From an uncultured Armatimonadetes bacterium (lineage in GTDB: Bacteria; Armatimonadota; UBA5829; DTJY01): a DNA stretch of 64,000 bases. The stretch lies in assembly GCA_963717145.1 (NCBI GenBank), contig OY970325.1:3584001-3648000 (forward strand). Direction: 5' to 3'. The translations under genes and the position numbers were made by a program. Below the pieces are notes generated by a model that did not search any database, was not told the origin of the DNA, and saw only the letters and a program-made list of their open reading frames with translations. Shown here one piece after another: positions 47,306-57,386 of the stretch; the stretch's first letter is position 1, and each line of letters starts with the position of its first letter.

Positions 47306-48607
47306 TCACCTATCCCACTTCAGCACGATATCGCCCTTGCTCTCAAGTTCGACCACGTTGCCCTGGATCGGCCGCCCGCCGTCATCCTTCATGTCCGGCC
47401 CGACACTGTAGAGCATGAACCCCTTGGCCTGCTTCTTGTAGATGAAGTCCTTCTCGTTGAACGGATCCACCGGCAGCTTCCACCCGAGCTTCGATTTCAA
47501 CTCTGCGATCGACGCCGGGTATCCGCCGAACCGCGCCTTGTGCGCCTGGAGCGCGAGGAACACGCGCGTCCGAGCCAGATTCTCCTCGGTACTATAACGC
47601 GCCGGTCCGATGATGGCTGCAACGCCGAAGAATACCGTATCCGGCGGGTCGAACAGGCCTCTGAGCTTCGCTTGCCGGAAACTCAGCCTGACGCCGTCCA
47701 CTTGCGGGTTCAGGATCCGTAGGTAGACGGCCAGGTCCCGGCACAGGAGGGTATGCGAGTAGAGCGACGCCATACCTACGGCCAATGGTCTGGGAACCGA
47801 GCCGGTGCCGGCCGAGGTAGCCATCTTCGGGAAGCTCTCGGGGCCGTACGTGCGCATCGCATGCACTCGCTCGCCACGCCACGCCCACCTGAACCCTTCG
47901 GCAATATCGATACTTCCGGCCACCCTGAACAGCCTTAGAGCCTGCTCCTCGGTGATGCCCCCGTACTGGAGACTGCCCTCGAGCGCCTTGGTAGCCGTGG
48001 ACAGCAGCAGGGCTCGGGTCAGTTGGGGGCGCATCATCGGCGAGTACTGCATCGACTTCACCATCCCAAAGAGGGCAACAATGTCGTCGACGGCTTCCGA
48101 GATGCTGCCGTCGTGAGCCTTCACCAGGGCGTCTTTGTACTCGATGCGCGCGAGACTGCGCATCCTTGACATGAACTTCGCCGCAGTCGCGTCCATGTCG
48201 TTCGACCAATCCAATTGGAAACGGCAGCGAGGCATCGCTGCTGCTCGGCGAGTGAGCGCAAGCACGCCATGAAGCTCGGACAGCTCCGTCTGTACTTCCC
48301 GCCACTTGGCAGCATTGTTCGGAGCGATTGAGGACATATTCAGCCCGTCCAACCGCCTGAAGTGCGGCATGACGCCGGGTCTTTCGAGTTCATCGATCGC
48401 CTGCTGGTATACCAGGGCGGCGTTCTCGGCATCGGGGATGGGTCTTCCCGCCAGTTCTGCCGGAGTGGTCGGCTCGCCCTTCGCCTTGATCGCGGCGATC
48501 TCGGCGTCGAACCGATTGCCGAAGATCGCCTTGGAGATGCCGAATGCACCGCCGACCAGCAGGATCAGGGCGAGCAGGATCAAACCGAGCCACATAAGCT
48601 TCTTCAA
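47306..48607 (-). CDS. GspG-like C-terminus paralog 2
   Basis: Same architecture as neighbours. Confidence 0.8.
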   Translation of the reverse strand: MKKLMWLGLILLALILLVGGAFGISKAIFGNRFDAEIAAIKAKGEPTTPAELAGRPIPDAENAALVYQQAIDELERPGVMPHFRRLDGLNMSSIAPNNAAKWREVQTELSELHGVLALTRRAAAMPRCRFQLDWSNDMDATAAKFMSRMRSLARIEYKDALVKAHDGSISEAVDDIVALFGMVKSMQYSPMMRPQLTRALLLSTATKALEGSLQYGGITEEQALRLFRVAGSIDIAEGFRWAWRGERVHAMRTYGPESFPKMATSAGTGSVPRPLAVGMASLYSHTLLCRDLAVYLRILNPQVDGVRLSFRQAKLRGLFDPPDTVFFGVAAIIGPARYSTEENLARTRVFLALQAHKARFGGYPASIAELKSKLGWKLPVDPFNEKDFIYKKQAKGFMLYSVGPDMKDDGGRPIQGNVVELESKGDIVLKWDR

Positions 48608-48687
48608 GGCGGGCCTCCTTTGCGGTGGATGGGTCCATTATAGTAGACACGGAGGGAAAGGGGAAGTTGCTTCCCGGATGCCGACGA

Positions 48688-50018
48688 TCACCTGTTCCAT
48701 CTCAGGACGATGTCGCCCTTGCTCTCAAGCTCGACCAAGTTGCCCTGGATCGGCTGCCCGCCGTCGTCATTCATGTCCGGCCCGACGCTGTAGAGGATGA
48801 ATCCCTTCGTCTGCTTCTTGTAGATGAAGTCCTTCCCGGTGAACGGGTCCACCGGCAGCTTCCATCCGAGCTTAGACTTCAGTTCCTGGATCGACGACGG
48901 GTATCCGCCGAACCGCGCCTTGTACGCCAGGAGTGCGAGGAGTACCTGGTCGCAGGTTATCATCCGACTCTTTGCTTCGAAGCGGCGGAACTGCAGCGTG
49001 CCGAGGTGACTGCCACACATCTCCGACAACATCGCATAGACCGGCCAGGCGGAACGATTGTGGAAGAGCCCTCGCGATCGAGCTTCCTTGTAGCTCAATC
49101 TCACACCCTCGATCTGCGTGGCCATGAACCTCAGCCAGTCAGCCCGATCGCCCCTGGGACAGGCTTCGTCATACGCAAGGCCTGCCACTCTGCTCACTGC
49201 GGTACCGATGACATTGTCGGAAATACTCTTGGGTAGAGAGTCCTGAACCAGCGACCATCCCGGCATACTTGCCGCCTGCTCCAGCAGGATGATTCTCTCC
49301 CCTTGAAGGGCGATGATGTATTGGGCATCCATATCGATGTTGGCCAGCACGTCGAACACGCCCTTTGACTGCTGTTCAGAGACATTCACTTGCCTGAATG
49401 CATCGCGCATAGCACTTGAGGCGATCTGCAGAATTGCCTCCCGCACCAGAACATCCATGATGGTGGGCCGGTCCTTTCGGGAATCGGCGTGCATGAATCC
49501 GAGCCTTGCGTACCTGACAGCGTCATCGGTGCGTCCCTCCCGCTCACACAGCTTCGTAGTGGCAAGTATCAACCGTGCAATACTTCTGAGACGGGCGTTC
49601 TCCGGGGGCAGCGCGAAATCCGACGGATTCATCGGGAATCGGCACCTTGGACGAGATGCGGCTTCCTCCACCATGTCCAGAACCGGCCGTATTTGCGTGA
49701 ATGCCTGTCGAGCCTTCGTCAGCAACTGCGGGTCCGGTGAGCCCGAATAGGCGAATTCCTCCAAGGCTTTCTGCGGAGCATCGTACTTGCCGCTGTCCAT
49801 GAGAGTGAAGACCCTCTCGTAGACCACTGCGCCATTATCGGCGTCCGGGATCGGCTTGCCGATGAGGTCGGCGGGCGTGATCGGCTCGCCCTTCGCCTTG
49901 ATCGCAGTGATCTCGGCGTTATAGCGGCTGTTGAAGATGGCCTTGGCGCCCGTCCGATGCCGAGAACCAGGATCACCAACGCGAGCACTATCATGCCGTG
50001 CCATCGAAATCTCTTCAA
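48688..50018 (-). CDS. GspG-like C-terminus paralog 1 (frameshift near 49955)
   Basis: TTG start LKRFRWHGMIVLALVILV in one frame, body in another. Confidence 0.75.
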
Positions 50019-50097
50019 TGTGCGCAATCTCCTTTGCGATGGATGACTCCATTATAGTAGACACCGTGGAAAAGGGGAAGTTGCACCAGGGGGTCGG

Positions 50098-52536
50098 TCA
50101 CTGTGCCGGGCGGAAGCGCCTCAGGCGGAGGGAGTTGCTGACGACCGAGACCGAGCTGAGCGCCATCGCACCCGCCGCCCACATCGGGTCGAGGAAGATC
50201 CCGAACAGCGGATAGAGCACTCCTGCCGCGACCGGGATGAGGATCACGTTGTAGAAAAACGCCCAGAAGAGGTTCTGGCGGATCGTGCGCATCGTCGCCC
50301 GGCTGAGCGCGATCGCCGTCACCACGGCGCGGAGGTCGCCGCTGATCAGGGTGACATCAGCCGTCTCCATCGCCACGTCCGTACCGGTCCCGATCGCGAT
50401 CCCGATGTCGGCCTGGGCGAGCGCCGGGGCGTCGTTGATCCCGTCGCCGACCATCGCGGTGACCTTGCCCTCGTCCTGGAGCGACTTCACCGCCTCGGCC
50501 TTCTGCTGAGGGAGCACCTCCGCCATCACCCGCTCGATGCCGACCTGATGCGCGACCGCCTCCGCCGTGCGCCGGTTGTCGCCGGTGATCATCACGACCT
50601 CGAGGCCCATGTCCCTGAGCGCCCGCACGGCCTCCGCCGAGTGCGCCTTGAGCGTGTCGGCGATGGCGATCACCCCGGCGGGTTTCCCATCGACCGCCAC
50701 GAAGACCGGCGTCTTCCCCTCCGCCGCATACGTCCCATCCGTCCCATCGGTCTCATCCGTCCCATGGGACTGATAGGACGGATGGGACATATGGGACATG
50801 AGACGCTGGCTACCCACCATCACCTGCCGGCCATCGACGGTGGCGCGGATGCCTTGCCCGGTCACCGACTCGAAGTCGGTCGGCGTGACCGTCTCGATCC
50901 CGCGCTCCTCGGCGGCGCGGACGATCGCCTCCCCGAGCGGGTGCTCCGAGACACGTTCGGCAGATGCGGCCAACCGAAGCAACTCATCCTCGGTCATGCC
51001 GACCGGGTCGATGTCCGTCACCACCGGCTTGCCCTCCGTAAGCGTGCCGGTCTTGTCGAGCACGATCGCCCTCAGCCGATGCGCCGTCTCCAGGGCCGCC
51101 CCGCTCTTAATCAGGACGCCGTTCTCCGCGCCCTTGCCTGTCCCGACCATGATCGCCGTCGGGGTCGCGAGTCCGAGCGCGCAGGGGCATGCGACGATCA
51201 GCACGGCGACGAAGCTCAACAGCGCGTAGTTGAACGCCGGCTGCGGACCGAACACGAGCCACACGATGAAGGTCAGTATCGCGATCACGATGACAATGGG
51301 AACGAAGTAGCTCGCGATCACATCCGCCAGCCGCTGGATCGGCGCTTTCGACCCCTGCGCCTGCTCGACCAGCTTGATGATCTGCGCGAGGGTCGTGTCC
51401 CTCCCGACGCGTGTCGCCCGGAATCGGAAGCTGCCGGTCTTGTTGATCGTCCCGCCGATGACCTCATCGCCCGCCTGCTTGGTGACCGGAATCGGCTCGC
51501 CGGAGATCATCGACTCATCGACCGCCGAGCGCCCGTCGACGACGATTCCATCGACTGGGATCTTCTCCCCGGGCCGGACGATGATGATGTCGCCGACCTG
51601 CACCTGCTCGACCGGGATGTCGGCCTCGATGCCGTCGCGGACGACTCGCGCGGTCTTGGCCCTCAGTCCGATCAGCCGCCGGATCGCCTCCGAAGTGTGC
51701 CCGCGCGCCCGGAGTTCCAGAAGCCGGCCGAAGAGTATGAGCGTGATGATGACCGCCGATGTGTCGAAATAGAGCGCCGCCTCGATGCCCGCCGCATGAG
51801 CGAAGAAGCCCGGGAAGAGGATCACCCCGACGCTGTAGAAGTACGCCGCCGAGCTTCCCACGGCGATCAGCGTGTTCATGTCGGTCGTGCGATGTCTCGC
51901 GGCGGCGATTGCGCCGGTGTAGAACTGCCGGCCGCCCCAGAACTGGACCGGAGTCGCCAGCAGCCACAGGAGCCATGGGAGGGCGAGGCTCCGTCCGAGC
52001 CACGGCGTCAGGCTGATAATGACGATCGGCACGGAGATAATCGCACACACGACGGTCTTCGTGAGCAGCGTCCGGTATGCCGCCTCGCGGGTGGCTCGCT
52101 CTCGGTCCGGGGCCTCGGCCACGACCTCAGGGACGACGTATCCGAGCCCTTCGATCAACCTCTTGAACTCCTCGGGCGAGACGATGGCGGGGATGTAGTC
52201 GATGGTGACGCGCTCGGTGGCGAGGTTCACGGCGGCTGAGGTCACACCATCGAGCTTGTTCAGGCCCTGCTCGACCCGCGCGGCACACGAGGCGCAGGTC
52301 ATCCCCTCGACCGGGAGCGTGATCTGCTCGGTCGCGACATCGTACCCGGTGTCGCGGATGGTCTGGATGATCCGGCCCGTGTCGACCACGCCGGGGTCGA
52401 AGGTGACCGTCGCCCGCTCGGTCGCGAAGTTGACCACGGCGGACTCGACCCCGCTCAACTCGCGGAGTCCCTTCTCGATCCGCGCGGCACAGTGCGCGCA
52501 CGTCATCCCGGTTATCGGCAGCTCGATCTTTCCCAT
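50098..52536 (-). CDS. copA: Cu(I)-translocating P1B-type ATPase
   Basis: Two GMTCxxC HMA domains, CPC, DKTGT, SEHP, GDGIND, YN and MALSS Cu ligands. Confidence 0.95.
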   Translation of the reverse strand: MGKIELPITGMTCAHCAARIEKGLRELSGVESAVVNFATERATVTFDPGVVDTGRIIQTIRDTGYDVATEQITLPVEGMTCASCAARVEQGLNKLDGVTSAAVNLATERVTIDYIPAIVSPEEFKRLIEGLGYVVPEVVAEAPDRERATREAAYRTLLTKTVVCAIISVPIVIISLTPWLGRSLALPWLLWLLATPVQFWGGRQFYTGAIAAARHRTTDMNTLIAVGSSAAYFYSVGVILFPGFFAHAAGIEAALYFDTSAVIITLILFGRLLELRARGHTSEAIRRLIGLRAKTARVVRDGIEADIPVEQVQVGDIIIVRPGEKIPVDGIVVDGRSAVDESMISGEPIPVTKQAGDEVIGGTINKTGSFRFRATRVGRDTTLAQIIKLVEQAQGSKAPIQRLADVIASYFVPIVIVIAILTFIVWLVFGPQPAFNYALLSFVAVLIVACPCALGLATPTAIMVGTGKGAENGVLIKSGAALETAHRLRAIVLDKTGTLTEGKPVVTDIDPVGMTEDELLRLAASAERVSEHPLGEAIVRAAEERGIETVTPTDFESVTGQGIRATVDGRQVMVGSQRLMSHMSHPSYQSHGTDETDGTDGTYAAEGKTPVFVAVDGKPAGVIAIADTLKAHSAEAVRALRDMGLEVVMITGDNRRTAEAVAHQVGIERVMAEVLPQQKAEAVKSLQDEGKVTAMVGDGINDAPALAQADIGIAIGTGTDVAMETADVTLISGDLRAVVTAIALSRATMRTIRQNLFWAFFYNVILIPVAAGVLYPLFGIFLDPMWAAGAMALSSVSVVSNSLRLRRFRPAQ
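50731..50805. repeat. Inverted nonamer-array element in frame within copA
   Basis: CGTCCCATC units followed by ATGGGAC.. units; encodes [22 protein letters not shown]. Confidence 0.85.
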
Positions 52537-52583
52537 GTGGGATAGTTATACCCCGTGATGAGGCGCCAAAGCAACAGGAGGGA

Positions 52584-53120
52584 TCACCGTCTCTGCCGAG
52601 GGAGCGCTCGATCCAGCTCTGTGTACTCCTCGGGGGTGAGCGATGGCAGCTTCTCCAGGAATGCGACTATCGGCCACAGCTCCTCGTCCGATTGCGTGAT
52701 CCCCCAGGCGGGCATACCGGTTCGGCGGATGCCGTTCTTGGTGATCCAGAAAAGCTCGGCAGGCTTGAACTCCTCAGCAGCATCGGTAAGCTCAGGCGGA
52801 CCGGGTAGCAGACCTCTCGCGAGATCACCGTTCGGAACGCCGGGCGCTCCATGGCAGAAGGCACACCTGCCTCGGTATCCGACGAATCCCTGCCGGAACA
52901 TGGCCTCATCATCGAGCTTCGGCACCTGTATGCCCTTCGCCCTGCGACGGACGGAATACACCGCAGTCACATCCTCCAACCGGGCAACGAGCGCCGGCTC
53001 GGGGTTCACGGCAGAGACATTGTAGATGCCCAGATACACGAATCCGGCGGCCAATACCCCCATCAAGACGATCAATCCGACTATCCATGCGATCCAACGT
53101 GTAAGCCTTCGAGCTGCCAT
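52584..53120 (-). CDS. Membrane-anchored monoheme cytochrome c
   Basis: CAFCHGAPG, GL.P.PP.L, GIR.TGMPAW. Confidence 0.9.
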   Translation of the reverse strand: MAARRLTRWIAWIVGLIVLMGVLAAGFVYLGIYNVSAVNPEPALVARLEDVTAVYSVRRRAKGIQVPKLDDEAMFRQGFVGYRGRCAFCHGAPGVPNGDLARGLLPGPPELTDAAEEFKPAELFWITKNGIRRTGMPAWGITQSDEELWPIVAFLEKLPSLTPEEYTELDRALPRQRR

Positions 53121-53284
53121 AGTCCACCTCCATGGTTGAATGCCCGCTTGCCGTCCTCGTCAAACATGGATGAGCCCGTATCCGGGCGGTTACGAATCGG
53201 AACCGTAGGGGAGGCCTTCAACGGCCTCCCAGTGTCCGAAGGGACACTTCGTGCCCTTGTTGCCGTGACTTCAGTCGCCCGGAC

Positions 53285-54830
53285 CTAAGAAGGCGTCCAC
53301 GGCCGCGCCTTCCACGGCGGGTCGAGCGCGTCCGGCGGGAGTACCTCCGCCAACCTCGCGTGGACGTATGCTTGGAACACCTGCTGATCCTGCTTTCGTC
53401 CCGCATCAGGGGTGATGTCGATCAACGTCTTGCCATCCCGGCCTTTGACGAGCCGCTTGATCATGCTTACCGCATGCCTGGATCCGTGCACCTCATACCC
53501 GGCCACGTCTTGCCAGGCGACCGTCTTCGTCCAGAACATGAAGCGCTTGCGGATGCCGGACGAATCGGCCTCGATGGCATATGTGCCGGTGACGAGCCAG
53601 CCGATGGCAAGCAGTAGTGCCGGCGGTACAGCAGCGATAAGCCCCGCGTGCCGCTGATCGACCAGCCAGACAGCGAGGAAAAACCCGATCATTGTGGGCA
53701 GGAAGGCAATAGCCAGCTTCTCTGCCACCATGAATCGAAGGGTCACCCGCTCACCCGCGGGCAATGCGGGAGACTGCACATCGGCCGAGGAGATACTCCG
53801 CAGGATGGAAGGTATCGTGAGCACCTGAGGGTTCCCAGCGGTGCGAAGTCGGCGTATGACAGCCAGGATCAGCTTGTATGAATCTTCGCTGAACGGGACA
53901 TAGGGCACCGCAATCTCACGGTACGGCTGCCCTCCGCCAATCAGGATGTATACGGTATTGGTATTCGCATCCATTCTCCACCTGGCACACTTCACATCGG
54001 ACCACGAGATGCTCACAGCGCCGTGTCCGGTCCTGGCATCGATCCTCTCGTCCGTCAGCCGGGCCTCCCGAGCGTAGGGAACAGCTTCTCTGAGGATGCT
54101 CCGGCATCCCCAGAGCATACCCACCGCCAAGAGAGACATGAAAACGGTTCCTATGTACTGGCCCTGCGAGGCCGCGGCGAAAGCTCCCCAGAGTACGAAT
54201 CCCGCAAAGACTACAAGCAGCATAACCGTCGGCCATGTCCGCGACACCCGGGCGTTGACCCAATCCATCTCCCGGGGGAGTTCGTCCGGAATTCGGTCCC
54301 AGAACGTGAGTGCTAGCTCCGGCAACGTCAGATTGTCGGCTTTGCCAAGGCGGCGGAGGTGCTGCCATATCGACGCGCAGACGTTCAACGTCCGGTAGCT
54401 GCTGTGAGCGGGAACCCATATCCTATTGCTGCTGCTTGTCCTGAGAACAAAGCACTCCATTCCCAGGATGCTGCGCCGGGACGACGCTGCCTCGACATCA
54501 TGCCACGGCAAGAACCGTCTTCGGAGCAAAGAGCGCATCGTGATTCCGCCGGCGTCTGTGTGCCAGTGGAAATCACCCCCGAAGGAGGCGGGCAGCAAGC
54601 CAAATGCAGCCCAACACCATCACTCCGAGACCGACCGTTGCCGTAGATAGCAGTTCGATAAAGAACTGCCGGTAGCTCAAGTAGAAGTAGAGGTATCCAC
54701 CCGTTGCAGACAGTGCCAGTCCCATGGTAATGCCGATCGCAAGCAGCGCATTTCCGGGGCCCGCATCGGTGCATTCGAGCGCGGGCAGGTCCGGGAGCTG
54801 TTCGGCTATCGAGCGGTCATTGGTGGTCAT
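53285..54830 (-). CDS. Membrane protein with repeated PH-like (bPH) domains, paralog B (frameshift near 54590)
   Basis: Starts MTTNDRSIAEQLPDLPALE like 54879-56429 and continues in another frame. Confidence 0.7.
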
Positions 54831-54878
54831 GTCATAGTTATGAGACACGCGTCCGGTCATTCGGTTGCATCGGAGCGA

Positions 54879-56429
54879 TCAAGAAACCGTCCACGGTCGC
54901 GCCTTCCAGGGCTCGGCGGGTTTTGCCGACACCCAGGATTGCGTCAGCCTCGAATCGAGGATCGCCCAGAACCTGTCCCTTGCCTTCCTGTCGCCGAAGC
55001 TGACCCCGAACTCCATCAGCACCTTGCCATTCGAGTCCTTCACGACGCGGTGGTTGCGGACGGCCTTCTCAAACACCGGACAGATCGAGTACTCGGCGAT
55101 GTCATCCCAGCGGATCAGCCTGCCAAGTCCCAGGAACCGCTTCTGGATGCCATCGGAGTCGGCGCGGAGTACATAGGTACCGGATACAAGCCACACCAGT
55201 GCGAGCAACCCGATTGCGATCGGTACCGAGACGTAGGGCGACCGCATGCCTCCTTCCGGCGTGTTCCCGAGGAAGATGCCAATGCTCATAAGAAGCGGGA
55301 GCAACATGATGAGCACCCGCTCCCGGATCGTCAGCCTGACTTCGACCGGCTCGCCGTGAAAGGAGATCGAGTCAGAGGCCTGAGGTTCGATCCGGGCCGG
55401 GCCGACCTGTGCGCGCAGTTCCTCCGGGATCGAAAGCGCCTGAGGCATACCTGCAGTCCGAAGCCGCCGGATGATCGCCAGGATGAGCCTCCCGGAATCC
55501 TCATCCGAGAGGACATGCGGGATAGCAACCCGATCGGACCGATTCCGACCGGTGATCAGCAGGCCGTCGTATCCTTGGTCCCCACTCAGTGCCCACCGAA
55601 CACGTGTGACTTCGGCCCAAGGCAGGATGACCGCCCCGCGAGCGGTCTGCACTTCTATGTGGTCATCAGTAAGGGAGACGCTCCTGGCAGCCCTCAGGTT
55701 GTCACGAAGCACTGACCACGCGATGAACATGAAGCCGACGCCCATGATAGCCATGAACCCCTTCATGTACCAGTTCCCGCCCGCGACCAAGACCCATGTC
55801 ACGAACCCCGCCACTCCCAATATCGTAACAACGGGTAGCCAGAGCTTGGGCGGACGAGGGTTGGTCCAGTGGGCAGTGGTGGGAAGCTCATCGGGGATTC
55901 GATCCCAGAAGGTCAGTGCCGTCTCTGGTAGTTGCAGGTCCCCGGCCCTTCCGAGTCGCCGCAGGTGCTGCCGGATCGAGGCATAGAGAGCCGGCGAATC
56001 ATATTGAGACTCGACATTCACGTGGACAACGCCGCCGTTCGTACGCAAGCGGTAGTAGAGACCACCTGCGCCCTGCTCCGAGGTGGCATCCTCCACATCC
56101 TGCCAGGCGACGAGCCGTCTGTGGAGCGGGCCGCGCATCGTCAATCCATGGGCATCTGTCTTCCAGCAGAATACGCCGGACAGCAGCCTCAGAATCACCC
56201 ACAGCATGAGAAGCGCCAGTAGTGCAACTGCGAATGTGGCCTGAACGAACTGGTCTCCGAAGAACGGACGCGCCCTCCAGTAGAGGTATACCAATGGAGC
56301 CGCCATCAAGATGATCAGCAGAAAGGGTATCGCTATCACCATCAGCTTGGCCGATACTCCGACCTCGGCGGATTCGAGGGCGGGCAGGTCCGGAAGCTGT
56401 TCGGCTATCGAGCGGTCATGGGTGGTCAT
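54879..56429 (-). CDS. Membrane protein with three TM-pair plus PH-like repeats, paralog A
   Basis: Repeated D..G.....W.D(V/I) motifs after TM pairs; shared LTFWDRIPDELP and PWKARPWT. Confidence 0.75.
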   Translation of the reverse strand: MTTHDRSIAEQLPDLPALESAEVGVSAKLMVIAIPFLLIILMAAPLVYLYWRARPFFGDQFVQATFAVALLALLMLWVILRLLSGVFCWKTDAHGLTMRGPLHRRLVAWQDVEDATSEQGAGGLYYRLRTNGGVVHVNVESQYDSPALYASIRQHLRRLGRAGDLQLPETALTFWDRIPDELPTTAHWTNPRPPKLWLPVVTILGVAGFVTWVLVAGGNWYMKGFMAIMGVGFMFIAWSVLRDNLRAARSVSLTDDHIEVQTARGAVILPWAEVTRVRWALSGDQGYDGLLITGRNRSDRVAIPHVLSDEDSGRLILAIIRRLRTAGMPQALSIPEELRAQVGPARIEPQASDSISFHGEPVEVRLTIRERVLIMLLPLLMSIGIFLGNTPEGGMRSPYVSVPIAIGLLALVWLVSGTYVLRADSDGIQKRFLGLGRLIRWDDIAEYSICPVFEKAVRNHRVVKDSNGKVLMEFGVSFGDRKARDRFWAILDSRLTQSWVSAKPAEPWKARPWTVS

Positions 56430-56643
56430 GTCATAGGTATGAGACACACGACGCCTCATTCGGTTGCATGGGGAGGCTCCGAGCGGCGTGACTTGATGGC
56501 GGTTGCAAGTTCCTCGCGAGTGAATCCCCGGCGCTTGGCCTCCTCGCGCAGGTCGGCAGCGATCACGTCGAGCGGGCTCTGCTTCAGCCTCTTAACAGGA
56601 CTACGGCTCTCCGGTGTCTTATTCTTTCCGTCGGTCATGGCGA

Positions 56644-57336
56644 TCACCACCTCAGGTCTCGTATCCTTGACACATGCATGCATCTCACACTCCCATCCGC
56701 GAAGAGCACGTTGATGCCGGACGGATGCATGTCCTCCGGCGGGAGAAGCTCCGGGCCGCCGGATCTGTTCCGGCCCGGCGTGCACTCGAAGAGCAGAACC
56801 GTATCCTTGGGTAGGCCTTTCAGCCGAAGACCCCCCAAGCGGCCGTTCATCGCATAGGTAGGGAGACCACCTGGAGCACTCGGGCAGAAGTCCCGGAAGT
56901 TGCGCATCTTCTCTTTCAGGATCATCTCGTTCCAGCGATCAGGCGGCGGAAGCTTGCCGTCCCAGTCGTCGCAGTAGGCTTCCATGGCTACACCGATCAT
57001 CCTCATGCTCGCCGCGCAGGACGACTGTCTATCATGATCTCGCATGTAGGAGAGCAGGGGGAAGAGCACGGCAGCAAGTATCGCCATGATCGGAATAAAG
57101 AGGCAGAACTGCAACTCTCCTGGGAGGCGCAATCGGAGGCGCTCACAGGTCATGACAGCCACGACCATGCCGAACGCCAGTCCGAGAGCGAAGAGCCCCA
57201 GGCTCAACTGCCCGGCGATCCCGGTGGCGCCGAGTACCAGGCATCCGAGCGAGAGGATGCTCAGCACCCACTCCGCGCGGGTCGCTCTCCGTGTAGTCTG
57301 AGGCTCGCATTCATCCGGATTCGTCTGATCAGGCAA
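56644..57336 (-). CDS. DUF1559/H-X9-DG prepilin-like membrane protein
   Basis: AILAAVLFP, C...MR.IG.A...Y..D.D..LP, CPS, YAMN, H..GINVLFADGSV. Confidence 0.8.
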   Translation of the reverse strand: MPDQTNPDECEPQTTRRATRAEWVLSILSLGCLVLGATGIAGQLSLGLFALGLAFGMVVAVMTCERLRLRLPGELQFCLFIPIMAILAAVLFPLLSYMRDHDRQSSCAASMRMIGVAMEAYCDDWDGKLPPPDRWNEMILKEKMRNFRDFCPSAPGGLPTYAMNGRLGGLRLKGLPKDTVLLFECTPGRNRSGGPELLPPEDMHPSGINVLFADGSVRCMHVSRIRDLRW

Positions 57337-57386
57337 GAGGATTCACCCGTGCCAATATAGCCGAATATGGGACAGCCGCAAAGAAG

